DNA of 64,000 nt from Haliotis rubra (Eukaryota): the NCBI RefSeq assembly GCF_003918875.1, contig NW_025765980.1:1240001-1304000 (forward strand). The letters are read 5' to 3'. The translations under genes and the position numbers were made by a program. Below the pieces are notes generated by a model that was not told the DNA's origin, searched no databases, and saw only the letters and a program-made list of their open reading frames with translations. Positions 11,804-39,241 of this stretch are shown piece by piece. Each line of letters begins with the position of its first letter. Within the stretch, counting starts at the first letter, position 1.

Positions 11804-14800
11804 ATATTTTTGCCCCCACTGTTCTGTTTCTAGATGTTGTTATGAGCAACAAGAAAGAGTAACCAGCAACACGCAAGAGATGTTACCATTTTATTCCACC
11901 ATACACAATCCATCCAAGCGGAGTCTGCACATCGAGACTGAAGGCTCAATCAACGACTAATGTAACAATACCACTCTTGAAACGATTCTCACTAAACAAT
12001 ACTGTATCCACACTGAAACAAGGCAGGATAATCAACAGTAGATCAACTCATTCGAGTGAAAACGTTATCATTACTTATTGCCACTGAAGAAGAAATATTT
12101 TCTCACACTACTAAACATACTTAACTGTATGTGAACACTGCGTTCTGAGACAACAGGTGTTCCACATGCAATGGAAGAATCCATTTCAACTGCATAGGGT
12201 CTGCGGTGGCATGTGACATAAGAGCACACGCAGTTCATGCTCTATGTGTATTTGTCAATGTGCGATATCTACAAACAGGTCAGCAGTGAGTGATGACGTC
12301 ACAGACTGGCCCCTGGTCAAATCTTCCACCTGCCGATATTAACCGCACCCTGCAGATCCATGAATTCAACTGTCAGGCAGTATTTTTGTTTTTAACTTAT
12401 TTTCTAAGCAGTAACTGGTTCAAAAAAGGAATTAGTTCTATTTCAGCAGAATCTTAAAACACCCTTTTTTATTTAACAATAATTGTTATTTTTAAATAAA
12501 CCTATTGCTTCTGAAGCAAAATATCTCAATTAATATGTATTGACTAAACTGGGAAATGTTATTTCAATAATTTCTCCCTTCATTGATTAAGCAAAGAGCA
12601 GTAACATCTGACAGACATCCAAATCATTCCCATCAACATTTGAAACTTGAACAACAAACTAAAACTTAACACTTCCATGTTAGAGGGTTCTTTTCATTTG
12701 TTTAAAATGACTTGAAAAGGATAAATATCCAATAATATTATGCATAACAATTAACTTTGACTGTAGTGTTCAGTTCAAACAGAACCTGCGCAGACTATGG
12801 ATTAATCACACAGAAAAATAGTCTAACAATATATTTCACACGATAAATATACCAAGCTTGTAATTCTCAATTTATAACAAAACACTAAAACTAATTAATA
12901 TCTACGATTATAACAAATTGGCTAAAGGATAAATCACAGATGAAATCAACAAGATCAAATATATTAATTTCAAAACAAAAGGATTATTTCCTATAAATAT
13001 CAACAAGAACATTGCTTTTTATGCTGTTAACTGTTTGTAGCCCATTGTTGTCATTCTGATTATTTAAACAGTAACGAGTCCATACTGTACAACACTCTCT
13101 CTACTGGTAATGAGAGACGAGAATACAATTCAAACACAGATATATGTTTTGTGAAATATCTTGTACTTTTGTCTGTCTGACCAACTTTCACATGACTCAT
13201 GGTCTAGTCAGTACTCTGAGGGGTAAGAACTATAACTGCCACACAGCTGTAGCTCATCTACATGTCGCAAACAGTTTCGAGTGTGAACAAAAACAGACCT
13301 TTAAAATCATTCTTCTGTCTAAACGGATGTTAAAAACACATCTGCTCAAATACCGAAAAACTAAAAACTTACACTTTAATGGCTTGAACAAAATATGATC
13401 CCTTCATAAGGCAAAACATGCTTAAGTTCAGCTCCCACATAAAATGTGCCCTTTGAGAGAATTTTAAAAGCAAGGTAAAATGGAGGTCAAAATTACATTT
13501 CAACACAAGAAGAGTTTTCAAAATGGTTGCTGTTGCAGATTATTTGAGTCATCATTTGTGAAAACAAGAATGTGAAATTTCAGCTTCATTGGTCCAGTGG
13601 TATCTGATGAAAATTATGATGGATGACAAACAGGCCAACAGGAGCTCAGATGATTTTCTGTTAGGTGAGCTGAAAAACTGTGGTCCATTTTGTTGGTGGT
13701 TAAGATGCATGTTCTCAAGATATTTCCCAAATTCCTGTTGATCCTTATTTGAGAGGTTGAAAAAACATGAAATAATAATAGATGCAACAAATCTACAATC
13801 TTCTGTATCTTCAGGGCTCACATTTTGGTAAAAACACCGGGTCCGGATTCACAAAGAGTTTGTAATGTTATGACCTATCGTAGCTCTATGCTACATCATT
13901 GGCTTATGTGTGGTAGTGCTATGAAAGCTTTCTGGATAGGGTCCCTGGATTCATTCATGTGGTTCGTCCAATCTCAAATTATCTGCCCTTGATTTTCATA
14001 AACATTTTACCGACCAATCAATCATTAAGACCAGCAAGGACATGGTAAGGCACTTCCCACTGCCAAATTAAATGGACACAAATTCATCCTTCCCATCGAA
14101 ACCTTTTTAAGGCTTTCTATAGCATGTCGCTCAGGTTTTCAGTTCAATTTATCTAATTCACACTTTTCCAATTAATGGGATTGGCCTCCATGACGTTGAT
14201 ATTGACAATAAAAAATAAAGGCTGGTTTGTATCTTGCACTCTGATTGGTTGGTAGAGAGGAGATTAGCATATTGGATACTGAAAATATAGGTAATTTGAG
14301 ATTAGAGAATATCAGGAGTGGATCAGAGTTTGGTGCAGATTAGCAAAATGTAAACCGTGCATAATGAAGATGCAAATCTACCAGCAACAAAAGGTTTAGA
14401 TAAGTATATAAACTGGAAATAATGTTGTACAACATTTTGTTCTTATGTAAAATTAAAGTGAAAATTGATAAATGAATGAAAGACCAAATCATCTATTATA
14501 TAAAAGAACACTACTGAACACGTTATTTGCTAACTCATCTCGTGTGCAATTAATTCATCAATCTTTGACTTGATTAGTCAGATGCATTAATCATGTTAAT
14601 ATCAGTATCTTGCAGTCGGAAAACACAAACCTTATCATGTAACTGGTGGTCCAATAAAACCATGGCCCCCATAAAACTTGCTCATGTGTATAGTTAATGT
14701 ACAAGTTTTTTGCCATCCTGTTGCCAATGTAGACTACAAATGCGGCACTCCACTGAAGTCGGATTATTTACTCCAACATGATACCTTAGGGTGAAGGTCA

Positions 14801-14820
14801 GACAACCCTTCCACAGATTG

Positions 14821-14943
14821 AGTGAGTGAGTGAGTTTAGTTTTACGCCGCTTTTAGCAATATTCCAGCAATATCTCAGCAGGGGGACACCAGAAATCCCG
14901 TGACGAGCGAACGCTTTAACCACTAGGGTACCTGACCGCCCCC
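14821..14943 (-). mobile_element. SINE family B (tRNA-derived), internally deleted copy
   Basis: Family B head and tail; TSD CCCTTCCACAGATTG on both sides. Confidence 0.8.
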
Positions 14944-17900
14944 TTCCACAGATTGTCAGATGAAGGCTGAGTCGCTATCACCTCCCAATCTAAATGAAGG
15001 ATGGTTCTTCAGCCGAACATTTTTTAATCCATAACTTTATTCATAATTTCAATTCTCTACCATTTTGATTCAGAAATTTTGGTCATGTAACCAACAGAAA
15101 TTTTCATTAGCTGGTGTAGATGCCATGGCATCAGAAAAGACAGAGAATATATATATCCACAACCGCAATTTTACAGCCACTATTATTTGAAACTGGATGT
15201 TTATATTCATTTTCAAAATACAGACATCAAATATTTCGTCTGAATGATTTGTTTACCAAGAATTTAGAAGCTTTGATGCTGTAGGACGGTTTAGTTCTTG
15301 GGAGTCTGATCTTCATGTAGAGGTATCATTTGAAGTAAAGATGTAATTATAAAGAGAGTGCACATCTTCATCTTACATTGGCACAACAGTGTTTGTCAGG
15401 ACTGGGCTAGGATGACGGGGGCAACGAGACAGCTTCTGTATCCAACACACTGCCAATAGTCGTCGCACACCAACACAATCCAAACCTTTTTAATCAGGAT
15501 GGTCAAAATTTCTGAAATACCATCTCCAGGGAAACTAGTCTCGGAGAATACTCCTTAAATTATACAGAGACATTGGTAACAGTCACAATCTGGAAAATGG
15601 ATTTGCCAGATTGAGTGTCCAGATTAACCAGGGTCCAAAATATTAAATTTAAATCATTAAAGAAACTTAAACCATCTGACGTATTGATCCTGCAGTGATA
15701 CTGACGTACAGCTTTGGCAAGTGTGGAGGATGAAGTCGCTGAGTCGGCGCCCCATAGAGGATAATGCATGGATATATATATGTTAATGTGGCACATGATT
15801 ATCGCCTTGCATGGAGTAATGATTGACGATGGTAGATATGGGTGATATACAACATGTGGGATGGAATACACATTCGTGCCGCTCGGTCACTAGATTGTTC
15901 ATTCACCTCAACAAATAAATAAAGACACATGCAGTCCTCTACAGTAGACACTATCGTAACACAGTCATTAAATACAAGACTATCTCAATATTGGAGTTCA
16001 GGAACCATTCATTCCATATCCTGGGGAGCTATGGGATTTGAAAAAAAAAAATACTGGATAAAAATAATTTTGATAATCAATAATTTTGTTAATTATTTGC
16101 TCGCATGGCATTTTGCTGTCCTAATGTGTTATCAAAAAGTTGTTTGCCCCATCCTTCCACAGCAAACTATTTTTGATGGCAAAATATTTTGTCTGAAACA
16201 TACCTCACAGTCTTCCCAGATTATAAAATGGTCGGTTCCTTCACTGAACAGAGGTGACTAATTACACTGATAATTGTTGCACAATTATAGCATACAGCTG
16301 CTCATAATACACTATAAGCTATTTTAGCGATACACCAGTAGAAAGGATGGTCTGAAGCAGAACAGTTCCAGTTCCAGTTCTGATTTTAGATTTACCGAAA
16401 CTTTTGTCCATTTCCGCTTACTTATGCCAAACAAACAAATATGCCTGGAAATGTAAAATTCTACTGACATGGATAACCAATTTTAATAAAAAAGAACGAA
16501 ACATGGTCATGGGTTGTGAACATTTTGAAAAACTATTTATCACTTATTTTGATTCATTCAATTAAAGCAATTACACACTAATCTAGATAACTGATGACAT
16601 ATGAGTAGTGTTTTACACTGCTTAATAATCCTTCAATATCAGTAGACACCAGAAATATAAACTTTACATATTGTACCCATGTGGGAACTGAACCTGGACT
16701 TTTGGCATGACAAGCAAACACTCTTACCACTGTCTGCCTCCACCCCTCCATAATGATAAGACATAGGAAATATTTATCCAGGAATTTTGTAACTTGTCAT
16801 TCATGTAAACCTAATATGAAACTGGAAGCTGTTCAGCAATATGGTTGTAGGGCAAAGGACCTATACAGCAAATATGGACCTGAGAACTGTATGGGAAAAT
16901 CTCAAGCTCGACATAATAACGTCTCGTCTGATTCTAGATACGCGATACAAAATACAGCCATCCAATAAAATTTCATCTGCGAGCATTGTGAGAAGAACTC
17001 TGCGCAAAGTTATTGAACACTGACGACGTCACTTCTTAAATAAAGCTAGCGAGGGTTCCCGGGCATGACTGACAATAGACTGGAGGTATACCCTGGAAGG
17101 TCGAGGATGACAACTCAGATGAAGGTCGTAAGAACCAAATAGTCAGCAGCATTGGGACAAAACAAACCCTGATGACGTAAAAGGTTTCACCTGATTACTA
17201 AGCCCTTAATGAAAGTTACATAATGTGTAATGTGATAGTTTTGCTGCATGTATTGGCAGTGGTGGTGTTCACGGAAACAAAATTGCACCTAAAATGAAGA
17301 AATAATGTCCACATTGCGTTATCCTGACAACAAGTGACATCTCAAAATATTAAATAATTAGCATATGGCTTTCGATACCTTAATTTGTCTTAATTCCTTA
17401 TAAAATCTTTAACCGATACAATCTCAAAAATTATTTAAGACATACATGTATTGGAAACTATAAAAAGTAGAAATTGTTATTTTTGAGTTTTATCTTTTTT
17501 CAGAAAGAAAATTTTGAATATTTTGATATTTTGGATATCTTACTGAAAAAAGATAAGGGAACTGATGAAATGATAGGGAACATGTAATGATGACAAATGT
17601 GGGTGAAATATATTTCAGGCATGTAGATCAATATCTGGTTTGTCCATTATGTTGGGCAATACTTGAATGAAACAGTGTAAGAAATAAGGCCCATCTGACC
17701 GCCCGAGACAGTCTAGATTTCTGATGGACGGTCAAAATTTACAGCTAGCCAGCCCGATGGTCTGGTCAAATTTTTTAGATGTTCCATACATCTGAGTAAA
17801 TTCACCATATTTGGTCTGGTTATATTCCATTTTTGGCTGGATTTTTGGCTTATTTCATACACTAAATGAAATCTTAATGGCATGCTGTTGGTTGCCTATG

Positions 17901-19702
17901 GTTGCCTATGGTTGCCCTGGGTATAACACGCCTCCCTGCCTGAAGAGCTTCCCGAAGTTGGACCATGTCAATGGATTCTGAATCTCCAGGAAACAGATTT
18001 GCCTCTAAACAAAGGTGTGGCCCTAACAGCTTACCATAGTTGGATTGGGATGGGCTTGGCACTCTCTGCTTGAAGAGCAGATGCCCTATTGGGGGAATGT
18101 GACGAGACTTAGAGGGCCAGTTTAATGTCCAAATACCTAGATAATCAGTTGCAGTTCAAAATTTCTGTTAATAATTTCAGCGAATGGAACAGACGCAGCA
18201 AGATTTTCTGTTATCTTCGTATCAGAAACAAAACCCTGATTCATCTGAAAACATGGTTAAACACATGGCACATCCCTGGTGATGCCAAACCCACCTTTGC
18301 CAACTATGGTAGCCTGTAAGGGCCACATCCTTACTCGTAGACATTCTTCATCATGGGCAAAGTTCAAATGCATAAGTGACTGTGATTTCCTCTATAAGCA
18401 CACAGTCTGGCTTCTGTATGTATCATACACTGTTAATGCAGGATGTGAAATCTGATTGTGATTAGATGTTGCATTCAGATGCTACGACAGTTTCGTAAAT
18501 GTTTACCTCGATAAAAGCTACGTTCAAATCATTAGTTCCCTCGCTTCATGTTTGTAGCATGTTAAAAAACTCATTAGATATATGATAAAGACAATCTTTC
18601 AGTAAAACAGGAAATCTTGAACACATTATCAGAAATCTGATACAAAAACGATCTTAAGACACCCCCCCCTAAAATAATAACAACCCCCAACAACAGTGAC
18701 ATACCCTAAAAAGTGAAAGCAGTACCTCTTGATTACACCCTCAAATGAGCAAATTAGCAAACTAGAATGTTCGAATGCAAGATCAATGTTAAAATAACAG
18801 TTGTACTGGGCAATCGCATGACAATGATGCATTTGTTTTCATGATAATGTGAAACACTGACAACATATGTGTGGAACTAAAGCTAGCACATGGCTATGCC
18901 ATGGTTTGCAGTGCGTGAGAGGAAGCAGCCACCAAGTGCATGAATTATTACACTGATATTAGTACAGGGTAAATATAAAACATCAACGCCAGACAATAAC
19001 CAGTCTCAATCATTCGCCAAAACAGATTACATTGGGCGTAAAATGAACTAAATGAGTCTCCCTCTCAAAGAACCTAACTAACAGGCTGCCCTTCAGAAAA
19101 TTGTCGAAAGCACAGAAACAGCTCGATAAATCCACATTTAGATGATCAAGGTCACATTAAACATAGATAAAGATTTCTTAAGACAATCAAAATATTTTCC
19201 TCTTAATAATCTTATTAAGACATAAATAACATAATTATTTGTATATAATAAATTCGTAAAAATAAACTTCACATATTTAGGTCTTCATATATAACTCAAA
19301 CTAATTGTTCACTTTTCTCTCACGTAAATACATCATTAATATCCTCCACTGAATAACCCAATCTTTAATTTGTTTTATGTCTTTAACTGGAATAAGTTGT
19401 ATGAAAGTGCAACAGGAACTTCAAATATTTTATAATGACCTTGACCTTGCAAGTGTGGCCTCAATTTCACTCACACAAATTTTACATGAACACAGTCTGA
19501 GGACAGATCTGCTTGCCTGGATAGAGATCTTTAGAAGATGAGTGCTTGGATTGACTACATACAGTATGGCGTATGTCATGATGATGATGATGATGACACA
19601 CAGTCCCTGTGATCGAACACAAATGCATAAAATTTGTTGATATATACCAAACAAAAATAATTCAGGATCATATACTGTTCGGGGATATGTTTTAGTAGAG
19701 GA

Positions 19703-19866
19703 GTGTGTGTGAGTTTAGTTTTACGCTGCTTTTGGCAATATTCCAGCAATATCATGGTAGGGGATACCAGAAATCGGCTTCACACATTGTACATATGTGG
19801 GAAATCGAACCCAGGTCTTCGGCGTGGTGAGCGAATGCTTTAACCACTTGGCTACCCCACCACCCC
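19703..19866 (-). mobile_element. SINE family B (tRNA-derived, ~165 bp)
   Basis: A box (TAGCC.AGTGG) and B box (GGTTCGATTCC) on the minus strand, shared tail. Confidence 0.85.
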
Positions 19867-20167
19867 GTTGTAGTTGAGGAAAGTGAGCCCACAATTAACT
19901 AAAGATGAAATTCATGATCCCTAATTTTTTTGTTCAGTATATTAAGCAGATGTTTAAAATGAAAAACTTGAATGTGAGAATTGTGATCTGCATAGTCATT
20001 GAAAAAGCACATTAACAGTGTGTACACTGTATCGTTTCATCAACAACCAAACAGCATGTAGCTTCAGCTATTTGTTGTGGAGATGTAAATATGTTAATGA
20101 TCTATCCAGGCAAACAGGTCAGATGATTCATTCAAGAAGATGAAGAAATGAAGACATGACTGGCACA

Positions 20168-32882
<12,715 letters not shown>

Positions 32883-34657
32883 GTTGTCTGCTCGGCGAAC
32901 CTCTCCCTGCGATGCACACACTAAGTCACTATTATTAGCCGATTGTAGGGCAGGCACGGACACAGCTGGGAGCTCGGTGCCGTTATGTGCTCTCACTCCC
33001 TCCGAAACAGTCGTTTAGTCGTGTATTTTTGTCTTTGGTATTAAAACCCCAAATCCTATATCTGAAATCATAATACATCTCATCCATTGATATTGGTAAT
33101 TGCCTATCAGAAGTAAAATGCTTCTTTTTATATGTATGATATAATTTATATTTCTATAAACGAGGAGGAGCGATGTCAAATGTAACAGCCGGTTGCGATT
33201 ACTCGGTCACAGAAAGTGGGCGTGTCTCGACATGATCGGGAAGGGAAGCAACTTCTAACCGCATCAGCTATTTTGACAATGCATATTTCATATGGCATTC
33301 AAAGTGTTTCCTACATCTCTGAAACTACAAAATGATACGAATTTCCTTTCAACGTACGCCATTACAAACTCACAAATAAAAGGTTACAGGGAGCATGTAA
33401 CGGTAGAAAAGAAATATGTTTCATTACTCAAGTTGACAATTACGAAACATTTTCTTTGCTATTTTAAATCAACTTAATAAAGATCACAAAGATGGTTGTA
33501 AGTTTGAATAAACAAATACGAGGTTATGTTCTGGTGATTTGAACACAATTTTACCGGTATCAAGCTATTTGGTGTACAAAGTAATTCTAGCAACAGGACA
33601 ATTGGACAACCTTACCTCGTGCTTTAACTATAATAGTTCAGGGCGAAAGTGTGCTTTATTACACTATACATGGCGGTAGAGCCAACTGTATTTCGAACCT
33701 CCCCTTTGAACATGACTTCAGTCCACATTGAAGATTTTCTATGGCGTTGGGGGAGCCAATGGGGGAAGAAAAAGGAATTGGAATCCCTCCCCTCTTCTCT
33801 CTCTCTTCAAAATTCCTGGATCCGCCCATGATTTAGGTCACCGACACCGTCGGTTTTCTCTTAGTTTTCTGCCTTAGAGTTATCGTCGGTTAGTATTAAT
33901 GTTGGCATCAAGTCTTAGAAACTGTTCAGTGCGATAGTGTGCTTTATTACACTATACATGGTGGTAGAGCCAACTGTATTTCTTAAATATCGATGCTCAT
34001 GCTGTTGATCACTGGATTGTCTGGTCCAGACTCGATCATTTACAGACCGCAGCCGTGTAGTTGGAATATTGCCGAGTGTAGCGTTAAGCACCAACTAAAC
34101 ATATAATTTAGAAGTATGCCTCGGAGGAATAAAGAATGCATGCTTAGCTTAAACAAATGACAAATATAAACGATTCATAAATATGACCTATTCTCTTCCC
34201 TAAAAGATGTCTCCATGCTAGATCAATTAATATAGTATGCTTTTATCAGTTCACAGTTTGGTGTGTTTTTAAAAAAATCATTTACTATTTCATTCGTTTC
34301 CATGACAACTGGTGATGTGGCAGCTGGGGCTAAACACGCGTGTTATCCAATCACAACATGTTTGATTATACGCGCGTATGCAACATATTGCTAAACGGAG
34401 GCGTCAGTAACATTATCGGGTCCTGTAAATACAAACACATTGTTACGTGTTACTTCTACGACGGCTGTCACTACATGACCAAAGTTTCAATCAAAGACGT
34501 GCCGTGTATCATCAATGGGGCACAATTGTCACACGCGCTTGTAATTGATTGGTTTGCAGTTTCTTATGATCCTGCATAGTCAGTATGCAGTATTCGACAC
34601 CTCATTCACAATGTTAAGCTTCCGTGGCCAACCGGTCATACTTAGTCAAGGTAAATT

Positions 34658-34676
34658 ACACACACACACACACACA

Positions 34677-34708
<32 letters not shown>

Positions 34709-34710
34709 CC
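34658..34710. repeat. (CA)n(CGCA)n microsatellite
   Basis: Directly visible. Confidence 0.9.
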
Positions 34711-35014
34711 CCACNNNNNNNNNNNNNNNNNNNNNNNNNNNNNNNNNNNNNNNNNNNNNNNNNNNNNNNNNNNNNNNNNNNNNNNNNNNNNNNNNNNNNN
34801 NNNNNNNNNNNNNNNNNNNNNNNNNNNNNNNNNNNNNNNNNNNNNNNNNNNNNNNNNNNNNNNNNNNNGGCTACCCCACCGCCTCAGTGGCATTTAGAAC
34901 CAAATCTTCTTCAACATACCGTTTATAATGCTATTTTCCTTTCTTGATAAGCAATCGCCATTCTTACAAACCTTCAGAGATCGAATTCCCACCAAACAGT
35001 ATTTCAAATCTCAC

Positions 35015-35165
35015 GCCTGGCACCTAGTGGTTAAAGCGTCTGCCCATCATGTCGAAGACCCGGGTTCGATTCCCCACATGGGTACAATGTGTGAAGCCTA
35101 TTTGTGGTGTCCCCCGCCGTGATGTTGCTAAAAGCGGCGTAAAACCCAATTCACTCACTCACTCA
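35015..35165 (+). mobile_element. SINE family B
   Basis: CCTAGTGGTTAAAGCG...GGTTCGATTCCCC...(ACTC)n. Confidence 0.8.
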
Positions 35166-35477
35166 TAAATAGGGATAATGAGAAAAAGGGTTCAACCTGT
35201 CTGTTTGGTGTCAGTGGACGTGCAGTAGGTATACCATTTCCTCTTGACCAGTGGGCACCAAGGGTCAGAGACGTGTTTCGTCATGGTTGTCGGTTGGCGG
35301 ATGTTTTTTTTGTCTTGGACGTGTTCATCAATGCATTTCGGAGGTCCTCTTAATCATGAGAGAACTGACTCGATCACGTGGAGTTGTTTTGCTCTCTCTG
35401 TTGCCTTCTTCCAGGAGAAATCAGTTCTATATTCCTGATTAAATGTTTTCGTCTTGGGCATGTTCATCATACAGGGA

Positions 35478-35942
35478 GAGATGTACAGATAAGCTGCGTA
35501 TCTGCGTAAATTACGCAAATATTTATGTGAAAACTCAATTCCTATTAGGTCTATTGCGTACAAGTACGCTTGAATTTTTGTAAATACTCAATAAATGTGA
35601 TCTTACTTGCGTACACACAAAAATGTCAAATTTTAGCTTGCGTACCGGTGGATAGATAAAATAAGTGATGTATATTGAGAGGTTCTATTTCAGGACATGA
35701 ACCTGGCAACTTGCAGTCTTTCTTATCGTTTCTAATACTACAGATCAAATAGAAATTACAAACACTAACATTTAAACTTTATTATATTTTTAAAAATAAT
35801 AGAAAATGGCAAAATACCCAATTGAGTTTGAGTGAGGTGAGTACAATTTATTTGGTTACTCAAAGGAATATTAGGATACCCAATTGAGATGAACACAAGC
35901 GAGTACATAATTCAATGACCCAAAAAGTTATCTGTAGCTCTG
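35478..35942 (+). mobile_element. ~465-bp MITE, near-identical to 53458-53922
   Basis: GTACAGATAAG...GTTATCTGTAGCTCTG termini; body co-linear with the RBM22-intron copy. Confidence 0.88.
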
Positions 35943-37289
35943 CAGGGGTCCTCTTGATCATGACGGAACTGAGTTGTTCTGTGATCCCTTCCATTTTCTA
36001 CCCTTCAGGAACAGATACAGACTTCCCCTGCCAAGCGTTGCTGATGCTGTCACCATTTCTAAGAATGCATTCACTTAGCACCATACATGAAGTTCAATGT
36101 CTTCATGTAAAGCGAGTACTCTTATTTTTCCTTTCAGTTCGATGCCCATAACATGTTCCAGTGCCTCGGTCTAGACATAAAGAAGGACTCCACAATTCTC
36201 AAGGACACTGGCAATTCCATCGACCCTCACAATCAATCTATGTGGACACTCGTCCTCACTTCCGGACAGACTGGAACTGGAACTCTCTCTGCGACTGACC
36301 AGAATACCAATATTCTGCCTTCCAAACCTTTTTATCTCTTTTGTGTTTTCAAGGGTAACTCAGAACAGAAACAGGTCAGTGTAGGCTAAGTTCAAGGCAT
36401 GGCGGTAACAAACATGTACATAACTCAAGCGTTTGATGTCACGGCTTTTCAAATTTGTTTGTTTTTGTTTTTGTTTCCAGGTATCAGTCAGAAGGTGATA
36501 TCTGACAAGCGTCGCGGTCCCCTCAGTCTGATGGAGTGCAGTTTATAAGGACCAATCTCCATCATTCATCACGTTCTGTGGCCAGAAGCGTAGCAAGCCA
36601 TGTTTTTCGTGTAAGTCAGATAGGTTGAAAAGCTTTATATTTGGATAGTATTGAGGGCTTGCCTAACTTTCATAGCAAAAATCATGTGTAAGCCCGGGCT
36701 TTTGTTTTTTTATAATGGTAGGTACGCCCCTGGTGGCCCGAAGGCCCACAGGTAAGAAGGTACAATACCTGATGACTTTTGATGCCACGGTTGCCAGACC
36801 AAGCATTATGCCTGCAACGGCAGGTCGTATCGTAGCAGGGGCTGTTACTTGCTGGACATTGAGATTCAGACGCCTGAACGCATCTTCAGTTGCTTTGAAA
36901 ACACATTTAGGGTGTCAGCTATCTCATTAGATCACAAGAATTCACCACCTGCTTCAAAATGACCATCCACTCTGAGGATGCAGTTAGCAGATGATATAAT
37001 CATGCTTCCCTTCGGGCTTACCATTTTGGGGCAATTCAGGATCTGAGTTAGACTAATGCTTAATCTCTGAATATATAAATTTTGATAGAAACAAATAATT
37101 CCATTTGAATTGAAAAGGACGTGAAATCCTGAATCTGAGGAAATCTAGACTTGCTTCATTTAGGGCTTTAGCATTGCAGGATGGGCTGGACAGAAGGGTA
37201 AACAGTGCGGTTCAGGGACTGAGACAGTAAATCTGAGTGTGCTTCCTAGATCAGTTGGATAAAGGGAACATGCTTTGTCTCTGCTTTAC

Positions 37290-37545
37290 GGGTATGTCTA
37301 CCTTTGCATTACTATATTAATGTCGGTGTGAGATATGATTTGACAGTGTTCACCTATTTGTCGTGAATCGAGAGTTTTGAATGTTCGTATAGAATATTCT
37401 TGATTGTATTTGGTCTAGAGTGCCCGTCTGTGATAGCTTGTATTGCACTTAGCGGGTCTGATAGCATGATTGCCTTTACTTCCGGTAGTTCCGGTATGAA
37501 TCGATGAATTACCTCTCGTTCAGCAGGATAGTGACTGACTGTCAC
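37290..37545 (-). mobile_element. Decayed non-LTR retrotransposon RNase H fragment (I/Nimb-like)
   Basis: AIMLSDPLSAIQAITDGHSRPNTIKNIL resembles the I.SDSLSALQAI...SRP motif of LINE RNase H; stops follow. Confidence 0.6.
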
Positions 37546-38497
37546 GTGGACGGATCAAATATGTTTGGGGTTGGAGCCGTTCATGAGCCGTTTCTAGAGA
37601 CGAATAATTAATGCCCGTAATGCAATCATGTGTTTATGATATCTGTTATAAACATAATCTACATGTATGTTGCTCCACGCGAGGTGTTGATTTAGGTCCA
37701 CAGTAAACAAATTTACAGTACTGTAATAAACAAAGCCTAGCACACATTCATAGGACACTTCTGATTACATTCAATGATATTTTATTTCGCAAAGTAATTA
37801 CGGAGAGACGGTTGTACGACATATATGAAGGCACATTTTGACGGTATAAAATATCCGGTTCCATTGCTCCACCTTAGAATTAAGCAACATTTTCTTTGCT
37901 ATTTTTCAAATAAGAAATTATCTGAAAAAAGATCCACAAATATGGCTTCACTTAAGTTCGAATCAACAAATAAGTATTTTGCCACTGTGGGGGATATTGA
38001 TGACTTTGGCTGCTTGTTAAATTCAGTTCGTATACATTCTTATGTCTATCNNNNNNNNNNNNNNNNNNNNNNNNNNNNNNNNNNNNNNNNNNNNNNNNNN
38101 NNNNNNNNNNNNNNNNNNNNNNNNNNNNNNNNNNNNNNNNNNNNNNNNNNNNNNNNNNNNNNNNNNNNNNNNNNNNNNNNNNNNNNNNNNNNNNNNNNNN
38201 NNNNNNNCGTACATGTGTGAACTGCAAGGTTTGGTTTCATTACTTACACTTTACGTTCTTAGTAAAGTACAGATTCTAGTACTTTTGTCGGGTTGAGTCC
38301 CATCCGGGATTCGAACCCGCACTCTCAGAATCAGGCACCTAATCGCCAGCACAACCCTGTCAATGATGCAACATTTTCTTTGCTATTTTTATAATTAGAA
38401 ATCATGTATGTAAAGATCACATGGTTGTACTGAAGTTCGGATCAACAGTTCAACAGATCAACAGTTGTGACGTGACGTCAATATGTGGGGTCATTCA

Positions 38498-39241
38498 TTT
38501 TATCCCCAGCAACGTCCGTGTGTCCCTCCTTCCAACCGTGTGTCCCTCCTTCCGTCCGTGTGTCCCTCCTTCCGTCCGTGTGTCCCTCCTTCCGTCCGTG
38601 TGTCCGTCCTTCCATCCGTGTGTCCCTCCTTTCGTCCGTGTGTCCCTCCTTCCGTCCGTGTGTCCGTCCTTCCATCCGTGCGTTCTTCGATCCATGCAAA
38701 TTCATCTTTCCCGGAGCAGAACTTTAAAGCTGTTCGATGTTTCTTCACCAAACTTGGCACATAGATAGGTCTGGTGTTGAACTGGAGCGTTTTGATAGTT
38801 TTGGATTTCTGAATAAAATAGTTTTTTGCATTTCCATGGCAACAAATTTGACTTCTACTGGAAATGGTGTTGGTTCTCTTTTCTGGAGCAGAACTTGAAA
38901 CAATTCAATACTCTCCTTCCACTTTGAGGGTATTAAAGAACCTAATGACATAAATCAACAGTACCACTCTATTTCCAGTATCAACATTACTGAGGTACAT
39001 CAAAACGTGGAAGTACTCAGGCAGTCTGTTGTTGATACAAGCATGCTGGTATATGAATAGTTTACATATTTATGAAAACATAAATATGTAAACTATTCAT
39101 ATACTAGCATGCTTGTTCTTAGTTTTCATATAGATCATTGTGAAGAACAATGTAACATTTGACATAGTCATAACTAGTTGACATATTCATGAAGAGTATT
39201 TCACCATTGCGGGGGGGATATTGATGGCTTTGTCTTCTTGT
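38498..39241 (+). mobile_element. Non-autonomous Helentron/DINE-like element with internal 20-bp repeat (38512-38690)
   Basis: TTTTATCCCC start, (CGTCCGTGTGTCCCTCCTTC)n array, ACCAAACTTGG motif, and GCGGGGGGATATTGATGGCTTTGTCTTCTTGTT end. Confidence 0.65.
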
